This document shows, piece by piece, positions 1 through 13,120 of a DNA stretch of 64,000 nucleotides (the first letter of the stretch is position 1; the number at the start of each line of letters is the position of its first letter). Both the position numbers and the translations under genes were made by a program. Origin of the DNA: Octopus vulgaris (lineage: Eukaryota); the NCBI GenBank assembly GCA_951406725.2, contig OX597815.1:97836001-97900000 (forward strand), in the 5' to 3' direction. Under the pieces are notes generated by a model that worked only from the letters and a program-made list of their open reading frames with translations, searched no databases and had not been told where the DNA came from.

Positions 1-356
1 TGTATGTAAGAATGAATTTTGGTATTGGTGTTATTTATAAAAGACAGCAAGTGTCAATAATCTGAGGAAAAAAGAACCTTGTATATAGAATTCTCTATCC
101 CTAGAGTAATAAAACCACAAAGCACTGTTCTAAATAATATCTTGGTTTATTTAATTACATCTGTCGTTTTTACTACATTCATATCCTTCCACTAGAATGA
201 ATGTGTGTGGATGCGTATGATTGTTTTCATGTACACGTTCATGCGTCGAAGTGTGTACACTTCTGTTTGTAATCGTATTTATGTATGCATCTATCAATAT
301 TCACGGACATAGAAGAATGAGTGTTTATATGTTTGCGGTTGCATATGAGTACATCT

Positions 357-415
<59 letters not shown>

Positions 416-799
416 GTGTCTTTATGTCTGTATGTGTTACTATCCAATATGTCTTTCTCCAAAGTCCCAAATAGTCATCTGCTAAAATGGCGATTTTTTT
501 TTCCAGCGAATGAAATCACAGTACATCACTAAATACCAGATAATAATTAAGTAATTACATCGTAAGCTACTTCTGGGAATTAACTTGTAAAACTGATTGG
601 TTGAATATAATTATCTTTGGTTTATCATAATTAAATGTTTTTGCTTATTAATAAGTCTAATTGCTATTTATTATAAATAGCCTATTAGTTATATTGGCAC
701 AATTCCACAGATTTGTTTATGTGGAACTAACTGCGGTGGTATTAAAGTAATAGTTTAGAATAATCATTTCGATCGGTTTGGAATACACCTTTTTACGTA

Positions 800-1085
800 C
801 AAATACCATCAGTGCGCAAATAATGTGGAGTCCGCTAGTACAGCACCCGGTTTAACACAAACACCTGGCCTTTGGATGCCACCTTGCTGAATGCATTTCA
901 CGCAAATATTAATACCAGGTTTCTTGTATGAGAATAACTCAACATATGGGTCTTTTTTCTCTCCTGCACTGAGCTATGAGTTGTGATTTCTTCCTCCATT
1001 TCTTAAAACTAGTCTCGGAGACCACGGCAATGCTCACTAGCGCTACCTTTCGTCTTCTAGCAAAACCATAAAGCAATGTGTCGTT
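800..1085 (-). pseudogene. Degenerate L1/Tx1-type APE endonuclease remnant
   Basis: Minus-strand translation gives ...VALVSIAVVSETSF... and ...PKGQVFVLN..., resembling the APE 'xQET' and 'DPxGR' motifs; frameshifted. Confidence 0.35.
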
Positions 1086-1259
1086 ATTTAGTGAACTGGA
1101 ATGGAGGTTGTTAACGGTATATGGAATCTAAATCTTTAAGGGGTGTTACTAATAAATATCATAGACGGACATTTAGAACGTCAAAGACCAAGGATGAAAA
1201 ATAAGAATGGACATCAATCAATTCATAGCAACCGGCAGATTATTTTATCTATTCTATGA

Positions 1260-2192
1260 ATTATAAACAACAAGAGTAAGGACAACAGTTGCAGCTGTTA
1301 AAACAACAGTAACAAGAATAATGAAAAACAGCTGCAGGAAAATTAATAGTAATTGCATCAAATACAATAACACCAAAAGCATAAACAGCTATAATACACA
1401 CAAGACTAGCAAAAGTATATATCAAGAACAAAAAATGAATGAAGATTAAAACTACAAATATGCCACAATCACTTACAGCAAGAACTGAGAGCAGCTTCAA
1501 CAGTAACATTAAAACATTATTCAGAAATTAAAATAGTATGAAGGATTATAATAAAATAAGCATGCGACAGTATTTTCAGAATCATAAGATATGATCTACA
1601 ATATATGATACATAAGGAGCACGCTCAATATCATAATGTCATATAACAATATTGTTACAAGAAACAATATAACAGCATATAACATTACGATAATTATACA
1701 GTATAAAGGCATAACGATATATATCAATATTGTAACAATATATAGCAATATTATAAAATATAACAATATTATCTCAAAATACAATTACAGTATGCTAGCA
1801 TGTGTTATGTAACAATATTATTGGGCATTATAAGAACATACGGCAACATTATTACTTGTAACATAATCATAACCAAAATCTGCACTACTATGAGAACCAA
1901 GTTTCTTACAACGATATTATAAAAAGAACAACGTTATAGCAACATACAATATTCGACAAGGTGATATAGTATCTACCAATATGCAACAATATAAGACACA
2001 GCAGTTTTATATCAATATACAAGAAAATTATAGTAACATACAATATTTAACAATTTGTAACAATAATAGAAGATGAAATAAAAATGAGAAACACTACACG
2101 ACAATATTAAACAGTATACAATAAAAAGCAATATCATAGAAACATAGAACAATATTATGGCGAATATAACAATATTCCAACAACATTACTAT
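1260..2192. repeat. Cryptic, degenerate (AAC/AAT; AACAATAT-like) low-complexity tract
   Basis: Recurring aacaatat/aacaata motifs with strong A skew; the ORFs at 1261 and 1596 are by-products. Confidence 0.7.
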
Positions 2193-2193
2193 A

Positions 2194-2392
2194 GGAAGAG
2201 GAGGAGGAGGAGGAGGAGGAGGAGGAAGAAGAAAGAATAAGAAAAAAGAGGAGGAAGAAAAAGGAAGAGAAGGAGAAGGGGAGAAGGAGAAGAAGAAGGA
2301 GGAAGAGGATGAGAAGGAGAAGGGGAGAAGGAGGGGAGGGGAAGTGGAGGAAGAAGGAGGAGGAGACAGACGGGGAAGAAGGGAAAAGGGAA
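2194..2392 (+). repeat. Polypurine (GGA/GAA)n tract of about 200 bp
   Basis: Almost exclusively G/A on the plus strand. Confidence 0.95.
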
Positions 2393-2877
2393 TTGTTAAA
2401 AATACAAAAATGCTAATGAAAGGTAAGAATAAATAAAATATCTGGTTTATTCATCCTCAGCGAAGCCATTTCAAACTTTTGGAAAACCTTGATTAAATGT
2501 ACTTTAAAACGTTTAAAACAACTAGCATGATTGCTATGTGTGTGTGTATAAAACATATACATATATATGCACGTAGAGAGAGAAGTGGGGAGTGAGAACG
2601 CTATAGTTCAAGAAGCATTTCACATTACTCTTACACAAGAAAACTTCTATGAACTATAACGCTTCCTAAGAAATCTGAAACGTGTAGCTTATATATATAT
2701 ATATATTGTATGTTCTGATAAGAATAAACATTGCGTTTTAATATATATGATGTATTTTATTGAATGGTGGTTTTCTTAATCCTACCATTAAGATAATATG
2801 TTTACGTGTATGTATGTATTATGTATGGATATACACACACACACACATATATATATATACATGCACATACATATATA

Positions 2878-2941
<64 letters not shown>

Positions 2942-4679
2942 TATGTACATATTCACTCACACACACACATGAATATAGGTATACGTATTTATAGGTAGAT
3001 GTATGTTATAAACCTACACTTACATACATATACTTATATGTGTGCAAGTGCGTGTCAGTATAGACACAAGAGGAGCACGGCAGAGAAAGAGGGAGAATGT
3101 GAGTGAGTGAGTGAGTGAGAAAAGGATGTCGTTTGCACGAGGCATTGTGATTAGCATGAAGCACTGTGATTAGAAAGCTTTCGTAATACAGTCAAAGAGA
3201 GAAATTGAATAAAGATTAAACTTTTAATTTAAAACAGTTAATGATTTGACAGTTTGTGAGCTTTGCTCGCGGCACCTAAAACAAATACACACTTACAAAC
3301 TAATACAAAGATACTGAATGCTATATTTTACATAAGCGTATGTGTTACACGAGCTAAGAGAATATAGATCGAAGATGTTAGTGGCATGAACTTTTATATG
3401 AAAGTCGTTAGGAATCTATTGAATACAGCATGCAATAAATAGAGGATTTTTTAAAAATTCTATTGCTGACAGGGAAGCAATTATGGCACCTCACTGTAAT
3501 CGCTTGTAATTCTGAATTAGAAAGGGAAAATATTTCAAGAAATTTAGAATTTCAAGAGTGAAAACACGAATAAGATGTGCACCAGATAATCTATGTTACC
3601 TCAAGCGGGTTATTTCAACCATGAAAATGTTTTTAAATTTTGACTTTGTTTTAACTTCCGGAGAGCGACTGCTAAAAATAAAACCTAGTGTTTTTGATGA
3701 TTTTTTTTTCTGTGTGTGTGTGTGTGCTTGTCTGTCTGTGTGTGTGTGTGTTATGTGTAAACGACTGGTAATTTATCATTTGAACCTGACTAGTGCCGTT
3801 GATAATTGTGGAGGGCGGGGAATCGTTAATGCTATTCTAACACCGGTGTCGAACACTACTAGGGTGAAACTATTTCATTTCACTTTTGCTGTCGATGTCG
3901 TTGGAAAATAAAACATGTAGATAATAAACAATCATTTTTGCGCCCCTAAAATGTCAGCCATTTCAACTATATAGAATGTAGATTATTTACAACTGAATAG
4001 AGAAAAATAAGAAACAAAATATTTAAGTGCAATAAATCAAATGGTTCTGAACCATGATTTAGGTAATACACAGCTTGGTGGTGTGTATTGAATGATGCAT
4101 ATAAACAATCTTAATGAAGTGAAGTCAGCATTTAGGAAAGTAAGCAAAATTCCAGCGACAATTACCAGCAGCTCTCACAGGAAAAGGAAGACAATTTCAA
4201 TAATTTAAGTATTTCATGGAAAATATTTTCGAACGATGAGGGTCATAGCCAACATGCTTTGAAATTAGGAAACTGTCAGAGCAACATCGTTATCCTGGAT
4301 CTGTATAGCATTCAACAGAGATGTTTACCGGGAGAAAAAGAAATGAGAATATTTTTAGCAGCAAAAGTTAGTACAATTGCACGAAAATAAGCTAAGAATT
4401 ATGTCATTGGTTTGACTGTTAATAATTCAGAGTTGATGGTATATTAATTTACCTAAATAATTTAAAATGAAGAAAAGAATATTAAATATTAGAATGCGCC
4501 TCTAAGAAGAAAATTTATAATATGAGCGGCAGTTGCTGATGTGATGCCGATATTTCCAACTGTTTATCTCTGCTTTCTGTATCATCAGCTGCGGATATCT
4601 AGTCACGAAAATTTAACTTAAATTAAATTATATTAGAACACAGCCTTGGAATCCATCCAACAATTCAAATTTTCAGCCC

Positions 4680-5330
4680 ACTGTTTCTGTGAGGGTCCTG
4701 TGGGGTAGCGTCACTAACCACTTCTACCATAGGGCTCTATCAGAAGGAAGCGTCATTAGACTTTCCAGCTTGATTACCAACCGTGGATGAGATTCCTGTT
4801 ATCTCTTGTATCGCATTTTTGTCTGCACCTAAGTATCCTTCTGATTCACCCATCATGAGGAATCCGTCTTTCGACTCTTTCATGCGTCATTCTAATCACA
4901 TGTCCGTAGTACGGGAGCTGTGACCTTTCAATACGGAGAAGTAGCGAATCAACCTGGAGAAACTCCCTCATCTCTGAGCTATGAACCCTTGAGTAACGTT
5001 TCTCCGGAGATCCTCCGGAGAAACCTCATTTATCCTGCTTGTATTTGCGATCGTACACTTTTGGTCAGTACCCAACATTCATGATCACAGGACTGGCACG
5101 AAAACTGAATCGAAGATAGTGAGTTCGCCATTTTTACCAGGCTCCCCGCTTCTAGGGATCAGTTGCTGGAGCTGACACATTATTGTGATAGCACCTGCAA
5201 TTATAACGTTCTGCTTCCCATCGTTCGTGAATATGGCCCCGAGATATTTAAACTTTTCCACTTCTCTCCATGATGATCCACTAACATGAAAGTGCATGAG
5301 AAAGACTTTCTTGAGAGGAGTAATGTCTCA
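4680..5330 (-). mobile_element. RTE-clade LINE 3' fragment (degenerate)
   Basis: VEKFKYLGAIFTNDG (RT domain 7) followed by IFDSVFVPVL, HECWVLTKSVRSQIQA and MRFLRRI, typical of the RTE C-terminus. Confidence 0.85.
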
Positions 5331-5835
5331 GTTTGGCAACAATAATTTCTATACCTGCCCTGCAGCATTCGGCTGCTTATACAACAGTAAAACAAAATAT
5401 ATTCTATGATGAACTTCATTAAAGGTTTGAAACTGCGATATAAATTTGTATAAATGGTGCCACCAGTTTCATTTAACACACTCACATTGAATAGTAGCTA
5501 TTTAGGAAAGTATGTTATATTGGCAGAATTCCATTATATATAGTTTTATTTCTATTTTATTTTATATCGTATTTATTTTATATATTTTGTATCACAATTT
5601 GTGAACAATAGTGTCGTTAGTTATATATTTCTAATGAGCCAATCATTGTTCCCTGCCTATCTGACGGTAACAGTGAAAATGGGAGAGTATGTAACTCGTT
5701 TAAAGGATTTCCTTTGAATTACGCCTCTTTTTTTGCCAATGTTTACATTTACATCCCTTACCAATACCTAAAGGGGAAGTACATACACACGTACGTACAC
5801 ATACACACGTATTTACGTGCGTGTACACACACACG

Positions 5836-5958
5836 TACATACATACATACATACATACATACATACATACATACATGCATACATGCATACATACATACAT
5901 ACATACATACATACATACATACATACATACATACATACATACATACATAAATACATAC
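5836..5958 (+). repeat. (TACA)n microsatellite (representative; similar tracts at 13126-13222 and 52668-52810)
   Basis: Direct reading. Confidence 0.95.
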
Positions 5959-7893
5959 ATATGGAATATAATTACGGTCTGAAAGAAATTCACAAAACAT
6001 GTTTTTATTTTTATGTTTTCTTTTCTCTTACAGTGTTGGTAGATTAACAATCGATAGGAAGGAGAGTGAAAGTTCTTGATGTCTACATAAAAGGTAACTA
6101 TTTTCAAGGGATTCTACCTTGTGAAGATGTCTTAAAGTAGTCAATACTTTTAGTTTCAGCTACAAACAAATTTCGGAAGCCGTTTCTGTCACGTTCTTTA
6201 TGGGTGTGAACACTAGTTTCAAACTGCTAATTCATAACAGTAATACCTCATTACATAGTGGAGCAAGCACACGCACTCACACACACTCACATGCACACAA
6301 GCACGCATACATATGTATGGATATATTTATTTATATATATGTACACATATGCATATATGCGCGCACGTGGGTTTGTGTGTGCGTGTGTGTGTGTGTGTGT
6401 GCGCGCGTGTGCGAGCGAACGTGCGTGTGTGTCTGTGTGCGCGCACGCCTGTGTATACAATGGTCTTCTGTTCAGTTTCTGTCCACAAGATTCTAAACAC
6501 AGGTTATTAGTTAAGAGCAGAAACATTTGTTCAGTGCACGCTTAAAACTCCTCACATAATGAGCTCCCCTCTACACACTAATACACATAACCCTTTCACT
6601 TCAATTCCATCACAAGGACAAGAGTACAAATAAATCAAACTATCTTCTCACAGCAATCGTATAGAGCTGTAGTGTTTAACCGACGTCCAAATGGTCCTTA
6701 GGGGCTCATATAAGATTTTGTTGTTAAATTTAAAACGCAAAAACTTGGTTATACTTCTACAATACTCCAAATATCCTTAAAAATTTTTATACGATACTTA
6801 ATGATCTTAAATAATAAAAATATAATAGGACTTTTTAAACCTTGAAAAGCTATGGTGGCCCATTTCAGTAAAACAGGAATCGAAGAGCTCCATAAGCAAA
6901 AAACAAAACAAAACAAAAGATGGTTGACAACCAGATACCAACGAGCACTGGGTTGTCGATGTATTTCGACACACTAGTTTTCCCAGATTTCAGCCTTGTA
7001 TCAAATCTGCCTCTCTACTTTATTACCAGCGTCGTCTTGTCTCCATCTTCCTGATTTAATTTATAGAACCCCTGATACTAGTCTCTATGCTTGTGTAAAT
7101 ATGCGTTTGAATATGTTTATGTACGTATACGTGAGTGAATACACTTGTATGGAGACTGTTGCATAATCTGTTTGTGTATATATGATTGTATATGCGAGTT
7201 TGTGTAGTCCACGCACACATCTGCGCATATATATATATACATCATTTATACGCAAGTATCTCTCTGTCTCCTAAATGTTTTCACCAGCTGACCCCTATGG
7301 TATTTCTCATCGTTTTTCACTGACTAATTTATTTTTACCGACCACACTCTTTTCTTACCAACCACAATCCTAACCCAACTTCCGCTCCACTACGACATTC
7401 CTCAGCCTTTATTTGTTTCTATGTCAATGCCTAAAATTATGTGTCTTGCATATGTGAATGTATGCACGAGTGGATAAATGTTTACGCACACACATACACA
7501 CACACATACAATCACTCACATGATAAATTGGATGAGTCGTTTAGAGCTTCGGATAGATTACTTTGCGGTTTTCATACCGAATCACTGAACTCTGAGTTCA
7601 AATATCACCAATGGCAACTATGCTTTTTTCTCCTTTACAGGGTCATTCTGTACTCGGTTGTTGTCACACTTGGAAGTGGTCTAAAAATACCAAAGCACAC
7701 CGTATATTGCAACTACACCCCAAAGACTCACCAAGAGTAGAGAGTTACAGCACATGTGTGTATTTGCGTGCGCGTGTGCGCATGTGTGTGCGCGTCTTAC
7801 GCAAGAAGGATACTGCATACACATGCACATACACACACACAAACACACGTATCTATATATGTGTGTGCTTGTGTTTGTGTTTGTGTGTGTGTA

Positions 7894-8990
7894 TTGGGAC
7901 AACCCATAAACAATGCAGTTTTTCAATTGCATGAACTAAAAGTCGTAATGGGACAGGATAAACTACCTGCATCAACTTGTAAAAGCCGGTGGTAATTTTA
8001 ACTTGTACTTATTCTTAGTGCAAGATTTGACAGGTGCTGTTCGATTTTAGCAGTTATTTTTTCAAAGTTATGATAGAAGTGACAAAGGGGCATATTCGGT
8101 ATATTTTACTTTAGGAGTTCAATAAAGGCAACAACGCAACGGAATGTGCGAGGGATATTAATGCAGTATATGAGGATCGTATAATAAGCGTAAGCCAGTG
8201 TCAACGGTGGTTTCAGAAATTCTGAGCCGGAAACTACAGACTAGGAGACGGGTCTCGTCCTGTATGATCTGTAGAGCTCCACGAGGACGTCTTGCAAACC
8301 CCTGTGGAACAAAATCACATCGTAACTGTCGAAAAATTAGCAGAGAATATTGGACATTCAACTATGCATCGACACCTGCATGCCATCGAAAGTCAGCAAA
8401 TTGGATCACTGGGTTCCTCACGAACTTCCCTAGTCTAATCGCGCGTCTCACGAAATATCCATTATTGGACCGAATAATGACTGGTGACAAGAAATGGGTT
8501 CTCTATAAAAATGTCAAGCGCCGAAGACAGTGTGTAAGGAAAGGAGCAACACTGGCACTCCAGGTTAAAGAAGGTCATCAACCACGTAATGTGTTGTCAT
8601 TTGTATGGTCGGATATGAAAGGTTTAGTCCACTTTAAACTTTTAAACCCAAGCCAAACGATAACAAAGGAGAGTTACTGCAAGCAGTTTGGACAGCTTAA
8701 GTCAGCGCTAGAAGAAAAACGACCATCTTTGGTTTCAAGACGAAAGGTATCCTTCCATCAGGATAATGTTCAGCTACATACTGAGAGGATGGCATTCCAA
8801 AGGCTGAAGCAGTTTGAATGGGAAACAATACCCCACCAACCATATTCGCCGGACATTGCCCCATCTGATTATTATTTATTCCACAGTCTTCAAAATCATT
8901 TGGACGGAAAAAATATAAACTCTGCAGACGAGGTCAGAACAGTAGTGAAGGAATACTTTTCGTCACAGACACGCCAATTTTGGAAGAGAG
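7894..8990 (+). mobile_element. Mariner (DD34D) transposon, 3'-truncated pseudogene with putative left TIR
   Basis: TA at 7892-7893 then mariner-like TIR TTGGGACAACCCATAAACAATGCAGTTTT. ATG at 8070 (MIEVTKGHIRYILL*EFNKG...QRWFQKF), WVPHEL near 8410, TGDKKW, HQDN and YSPDIAPSD with 34 residues between the 2nd and 3rd Asp. Contains a stop and frameshifts; no right TIR. Confidence 0.95.
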
Positions 8991-11385
8991 TAGTCGATCT
9001 GTTTTCTGCACATCTTCAGTGTTTATTGACCCTTAGCATTTGCCACATGCGAAAACTATCTTCATTTGATGTTGCTGCACCTCTTATGTGTCCATAGCTT
9101 ACACTGGGTGCATCTTATGGAGTTTCTACCTAGGCCTTTTGTACAGATCGAGCAGGGCCATCTAACTGAAGGGATTCGTGATTTGTCTGCGTTCCTACTT
9201 ATTAAGACTTTGTTGTTTTTTTTTGCTAGATTAACTCTAAGGCCCTTCGATTCTAGACCTTGCTTTTACACCTGAAACTTTTCCTCTTGTTCTGATAGTG
9301 ACTCAGCTATTAAAGCAAGGTCATCAGCATTGAGAAGCTCCCAGGGGCATCCTGTCTTGAATTTCTCCCTTATTGCCTGGAGCACTATGATAGATAAGAG
9401 GGGGTTGAGGACTGATCGTTGGTGGACCCCTACCACTACCCGGAATTCTTGCCTATACTCGTTGCCAACCCTCTCCTTAATGACAGCATCCCTCTACATG
9501 GCTTTTACAGCTCTCACTAACCACTCATCGATTCCTAGTTTCCGCATTGACCACCAGATAAGGGATCGGGGGACCCTGTCAAAAGCTTTCTCGATATCAA
9601 TGAAAGCCAGGTACAGAGGTTTATCTTTGACTAGGTATTTCTCCTGCAGCTGTCTTACCAGAAATATAGCATCAGTGGTGCTTTTCCCTGGCACTAACCC
9701 AAACTGCATCTCGTCTAAACTGACTCTCTCCTTAATTTATTGGGCAATGACTTCATTAACTAATCCAATAACTTGATACATTTATAATTATTCGTATCTA
9801 ATTAATCACTTTTACATTTGTAGCAGTGGACTACGGTGCTGCTACACCAGTCCTTGAGTATGACCCCTTCATGTATCACTTGATTGACTATACTGGTGAC
9901 TAGACTATAGCCGACACTGCCAGATATTTTAAGCATCTCTGCGGTGATTCGTATGGGCCGGGGTCTTTCCGTCTTCATATCCTTCATTGCTTTATCTACC
10001 AAGGTACTGTTAATTCAGATATCTGGTCCTTCTGTTGGGTCGACATTCAGCAGACTCTCCTTCTCCTATTCATTCTCTTCATTTAGCAACCTTTCATAGT
10101 GGCGTCTCCAAGTCTCTCTCTTTGTAGCCTCATTAAATGCAAGCTAGCCATCATCCAAACGGACACATTTCTCTCCTATGATATCACGATTCTCTCTCAC
10201 ACACTGTCTTGCAACACGAAACACTTCAAGTCTTTGATCCTCACGAACAGAACATTGGCAATTTTTTTCTTATCTGCTTCCCCTCTGGCTAAATAGACCT
10301 GTCTCCTAGCTTCCCTTCTGGCAATCTGATACAATTCCCTGCTACCACCATTCTTCCAGTCCTTCCATGTCTATTTCTTTTCCCTAATGGCTCTGTCAAA
10401 TACATTGTTTTACCACCACGTTACCTTGGGTCGAGAGGGGACCTTGCACCATCCACAGATCTGATCAGTAGCCCTCAACAGGTTTTCCTATAGGAAACTC
10501 CAGTTGTCATCCACATCATGTGATGCTATATGCCTCTCTATTTCGTCAAAAGCTTCGAGTAATACGTCTCTAAATCTCTGTCCATACACAGGATTCTTAA
10601 GCTTCCAGACCCTTCTCCTCCATGCTGGTCGTCTTCTGGGCATCCATTTTGCCCTGATCCTGAAGTCGCTAACTACTAATCTATGTTGTTTGGTGCAGTC
10701 TTCACCTGGGAAGGTTTTGGAATTTATAAGTAGCCATCTTTTCCGTTTCCCGGCGAGGATGTAACCAGTTTGACTATAGTGTCCACCAGGTCAGTAGGTG
10801 AATAGGTGACTGGTAGGTTTCCTGAACTTAATATTACAAACCATAAGATCATTTGCAACGCAGAACACCAGCAGCCTGGTTCCCTCCTCATTGTGGGAAC
10901 CAAACCCATAGTCTCCATGTACGCCATGGAAGCCCCCTTTATGTTGTCCATTGATGTCGCCAGTCACAAAGAGAAGGTCCCTGTAAATCGGTCTTTCTGT
11001 TCATCAGGTAGCCCTGGCTGAGGGGCATAATAATGGTTGCTAACTCATGCTGCAGCACTAATCTAATCTTAAGTATTCCATCACAGACTCTGACTACATC
11101 GATTACCTTATCATGCCTTTTCTCCGCAAAAAGTATATCCGTGACCCCGACACCGTCAGTGTTCCCTGCCCAGAAAATCTTATACTTATGTTCTTTGCCT
11201 ATGTGGAACCTAGCAGAACATTCTCTCTGCCTTACTTCTCGGATGCAGAACAAATCTACACGACTCCGTTCAAGCATCTCAACAATCTCACCATACCTAC
11301 CTTTCATTGTGCCAACATTAAGTGTGCCAACTCTGAGGGTATGGGCCTGCGAGACTCTGGGATGGGAGACAGCAGCGCCATGTAC
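8991..11385 (-). mobile_element. RTE-clade LINE (APE + RT with PHD insertion), degenerate, 3' end missing
   Basis: APE start LRVGTLNVGTMKGR...LFCIREVR; RT motifs QFGLVPGKSTTDAIFLVRQLQEK, FIDIEKAFDRVP and ELLNADDLALIAES; many stops and frameshifts. Its 5' UTR may extend to about 11800. Confidence 0.93.
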
Positions 11386-12076
11386 CTGAAAAGAAAGCTC
11401 GCATTTGACAGAACACATAAACATACAATAGCCTTCAACCTGCATACACTACACCATCATTTTGTGTTCTACATAATTAATACATTACATAGGAGATAAT
11501 CCCTAAGTATGGATGGGGAAGCAATAAGCCTTTGGAGGTGTTCATTGGAGATACATCCGATCCAAAAAATGGAAGAAGAAGGCAACAGATGCCAGATAGA
11601 CGATATAAGGACGGGCATGAAAAGCAAAAGGACGGACAAGAAAAAACAAGGACTCATCATTCGCAGCCTTCTCTCATCAGACAAGTTTCCAGATCATCCT
11701 TACAGTTTCAGCCGGTTACACTTGGAACTGTTCAATTCTGGCTGGCTCCCAAAATCTAAGCTAAGAGTATTAAGTTTTGGGGGAGAAAGCAAGTGAATTT
11801 GTAAAAGAGCAAAGACAAAAACAAAACGAAGACAATGTTAAACAATTACAAATACAAACAAGAAAATAACAACAGGTTTTATTTCGACCAATAAAGATGA
11901 ATAAAGTTGAGCTGGTGTGTGTATGTATATTTAATATTTTGGACTAATAGGCGTATGTCGATTAGTGTGTTGAAGTGTTGAGTAGAGCCCTGGCACAGTT
12001 TGGGCAAACTGGTGTCATCTGCAGTCGGGGTATATTTCCATTGGATCTACTTCAGGAACTGTGCTTTGTTAGTTAA

Positions 12077-12205
12077 AATAATAATAATAATAATAAAATA
12101 ATGATAATAATGATAACAACAACAATAACAGCAACAACAATAACAACAACAACAACAACAATAATAATAATAATAATAATAATGATAATAATAATAATAA
12201 TAATA
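12077..12205 (+). repeat. (AAT)n/(AAC)n compound microsatellite
   Basis: Direct reading. Confidence 0.95.
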
Positions 12206-12667
12206 TTAAAAATCATTATCATCATTATACATTTGTGTGTGTGTGTGTGTGTGTGAGTGTACAAACATATACTTATATGCATGTATATTAGAAGTACACA
12301 ATGAAGAATGAAGTATTACAGAGCTTTAACAGTTTACAAAATATAAGATGACGACACTTGCTTCTGTTAAGCAAACGTTTTGGAATCGTAGATGCGATTG
12401 TTCTGTACAACTAATCGATTCGTGTTAAATAGATCAGTGTTCTTTGTGAATCCACGGATGTTAGCGAGTTTAACAATTTCAAAGTGTTCACCCTGAGAAA
12501 AATTGAAGAGAACTCAATGTAGCTTCAGTAGAATTAAATGATCAGTCTCCCTATATATGTGTGTGTTGCTTATCTCATCTTCATCTCTCACTTATCACTG
12601 GGAGGGTTATAAGAGATCTGTCCTCAAGCAGGCCTTTCATCTCCTCCAATTGATCCGGCTCGATCTG

Positions 12668-13120
12668 CAGCTGCTAGTCACGTGTAATATGTTGCACAGA
12701 AATACGACATAATTTACAATTTTCAGTTGTATCATGAATCTCCAAGTCTTTCATGGTTTCTTATATTTATTTGGCATTTCGTAGCTATCTCCTTTTCTTT
12801 GGATTGCAAATGCATAGTCTTCGAAGTGTGATATGATGTAGCGAGCACGAGTCCAAAAGAGGCTGCACTTAATGTCGATATTATTATCATTTTAAAGTTT
12901 TTGGAGAAACATACCCATGCAAAGCCTTCTTCCATTTTTCTTTTTCTTTCTTCTTTATTTCGCTTCTTTTATGCTGAGCGTTTCACCTGCAGGTCTTCTT
13001 TGAAGTAATTAAGTCTGGCTGTTTTGGGGTTTTATGGGAGGTCATCAACAAGAGAATGCTTCCTGGGGAGCTCGCTGCCGACACGTCGGATATTGTTCTC
13101 TACACTTTTTCAGCACTGAG
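12668..13120 (-). mobile_element. R4/Dong-like (RLE-type) non-LTR retrotransposon fragment
   Basis: Minus-strand translation across frameshifts: WTRARYIISHFEDYAFAIQ-EKEIATK...ENCKLCRISVQHIT-VTSSC, matching the 'AIQEQ' motif plus CCHC knuckle found between RT and RLE. Confidence 0.65.

Noticed and set aside
6034-6093. 60-nt segment with a strong acceptor and AAG|GTAACT donor on the plus strand
   Set aside because: Stops in all three frames; could be a non-coding exon but has no further support.
7641-7740. Plus-strand acceptor followed by a short open frame
   Set aside because: No recognisable protein, no good donor and no partner exons.
11610-11750. Possible HDV-like or hammerhead ribozyme upstream of the RTE (CTGATGA, GCGAA, CAGCCAG/CCGGCTG)
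   Set aside because: I could not build the required P2/P1.1 or stem II/III pairings by hand.
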